Shown here piece by piece: positions 63,273 through 64,000 of a stretch of 64,000 bases of DNA. The number at the start of each line of letters is the position of its first letter. Within the stretch, counting starts at the first letter, position 1. The stretch comes from Thiotrichaceae bacterium UBA7357 (GTDB lineage: Bacteria > Pseudomonadota > Gammaproteobacteria > Eutrophobiales > Eutrophobiaceae), in contig DKOR01000017.1 of NCBI GenBank assembly GCA_002470825.1, positions 5,015-69,014 on the forward strand, in the 5' to 3' direction. Under the pieces are notes generated by a model. The model saw only the letters and a program-made list of their open reading frames with translations, did no database searches and was not told the origin of the DNA. Both the position numbers and the translations under genes were made by a program.

Positions 63273-63521
63273 ATGGAGCAAACAATTTTGAGCGCAAAAC
63301 TTATAGTGCCCTCTGCTGTATGCACAGTATGTGGTACATATACCAGAAACAAAAGTATGGTTAACTATGCTTGCGGAATTATGATTGATGGCAAAAGATG
63401 CAAAGGAGCATGGCAAAGTGCATTAAGAGTTGACGATTGGGAAGAATGTAAATTTTGCCATGCGTCGGATGCCAATTGTGACTCATGTAACGGAGAAGGT
63501 TGGTTATTTATTAGGAAGTAA
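63273..63521 (+). CDS. Small Cys-rich putative zinc-finger protein
   Basis: 82 aa with 8 Cys: CTVC, C, C, CKFC and CDSCNGEG (a DnaJ-like CxxCxGxG motif). Confidence 0.6.
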   Translation: MEQTILSAKLIVPSAVCTVCGTYTRNKSMVNYACGIMIDGKRCKGAWQSALRVDDWEECKFCHASDANCDSCNGEGWLFIRK

Positions 63522-64000
63522 TCCAATTATTGCAATACCACTAATGCTCTCAATTTCATATGCGTCTATTGAAGTGGTTACTTATCAACTCACCTTTTTG
63601 ATATATAAAAGATAGTGTTCTTAATAAAAAGTTGATTCTTCTTAAGATATTAATATTTGCCTAATTGAGTACATACTATTGTCCTTGATTCATTTACTCA
63701 AGATTAGTTAAAATGATATCTCACCTTATCTCATTACTTAATCAAAATTTAATGACTCACATACAACTTTTCTAATCAAAGGTCATAATCATAATGAGCG
63801 AATATCACGGATACAGAACAGTAGTTTTTTCTTATCTTCTTCTAAAGATAATTATCCTCAGATAGTATAATGAAAGTGTAAATGATATAACTACGACTAT
63901 GATAAAAAATGTATTAGGCACTATACTTGAGTCTTGTTGCGATGAGCTGAATACCGGTTATTTTCGTAATGGCAAATGTGAAACTTGTGATAATGATCTC

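Noticed and set aside
63430-63615. 61-aa ORF overlapping the Cys-rich gene
   Set aside because: It is an out-of-frame overlap with the better-supported 82-aa ORF.

Overview
This is an AT-rich bacterial chromosome segment whose gene content and order point to a gammaproteobacterium. I found no rRNA, tRNA, CRISPR array, integrase or transposase. The core is the conserved minus-strand cluster rpsB-tsf-pyrH-frr-uppS-cdsA-dxr-rseP-bamA-skp-lpxD-fabZ-lpxA-lpxB-rnhB-dnaE-accA-tilS (5.9-26.1 kb), with its rpsB leader RNA and the divergent map-glnD-mutH-dusA genes. The two strongest candidates for undescribed biology are: (1) a six-gene envelope operon at 381-4927 encoding an L,D-transpeptidase, a DUF302 lipoprotein, a MotA/ExbB-like subunit, an Asp-bearing MotB/ExbD-like partner with an atypical YfaP-like periplasmic domain, a membrane protein and a vWA-TM-FHA protein; and (2) a Y-family DNA polymerase gene at 61.2-62.5 kb whose near-consensus promoter contains an alphaproteobacterial-type GTTC-N7-GTTC LexA box and is followed by a ~175-nt leader with five hairpins. 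Other points of note are an isocitrate dehydrogenase-family gene with no ATG/GTG/TTG start upstream of its conserved N-terminal motif, a MshEN + cNMP-binding protein, an unannotated 46-aa ORF with a perfect Shine-Dalgarno (SD) site, an orphan mxaD/mxaE-like pair next to GST and haloacid dehalogenase genes, a TetR-MMPL-LolA-like-outer-membrane-protein module with an apparent operator, and a frameshifted BPSS1780-family pseudogene. All calls come from reading motifs by eye; no database searches or folding programs were run.
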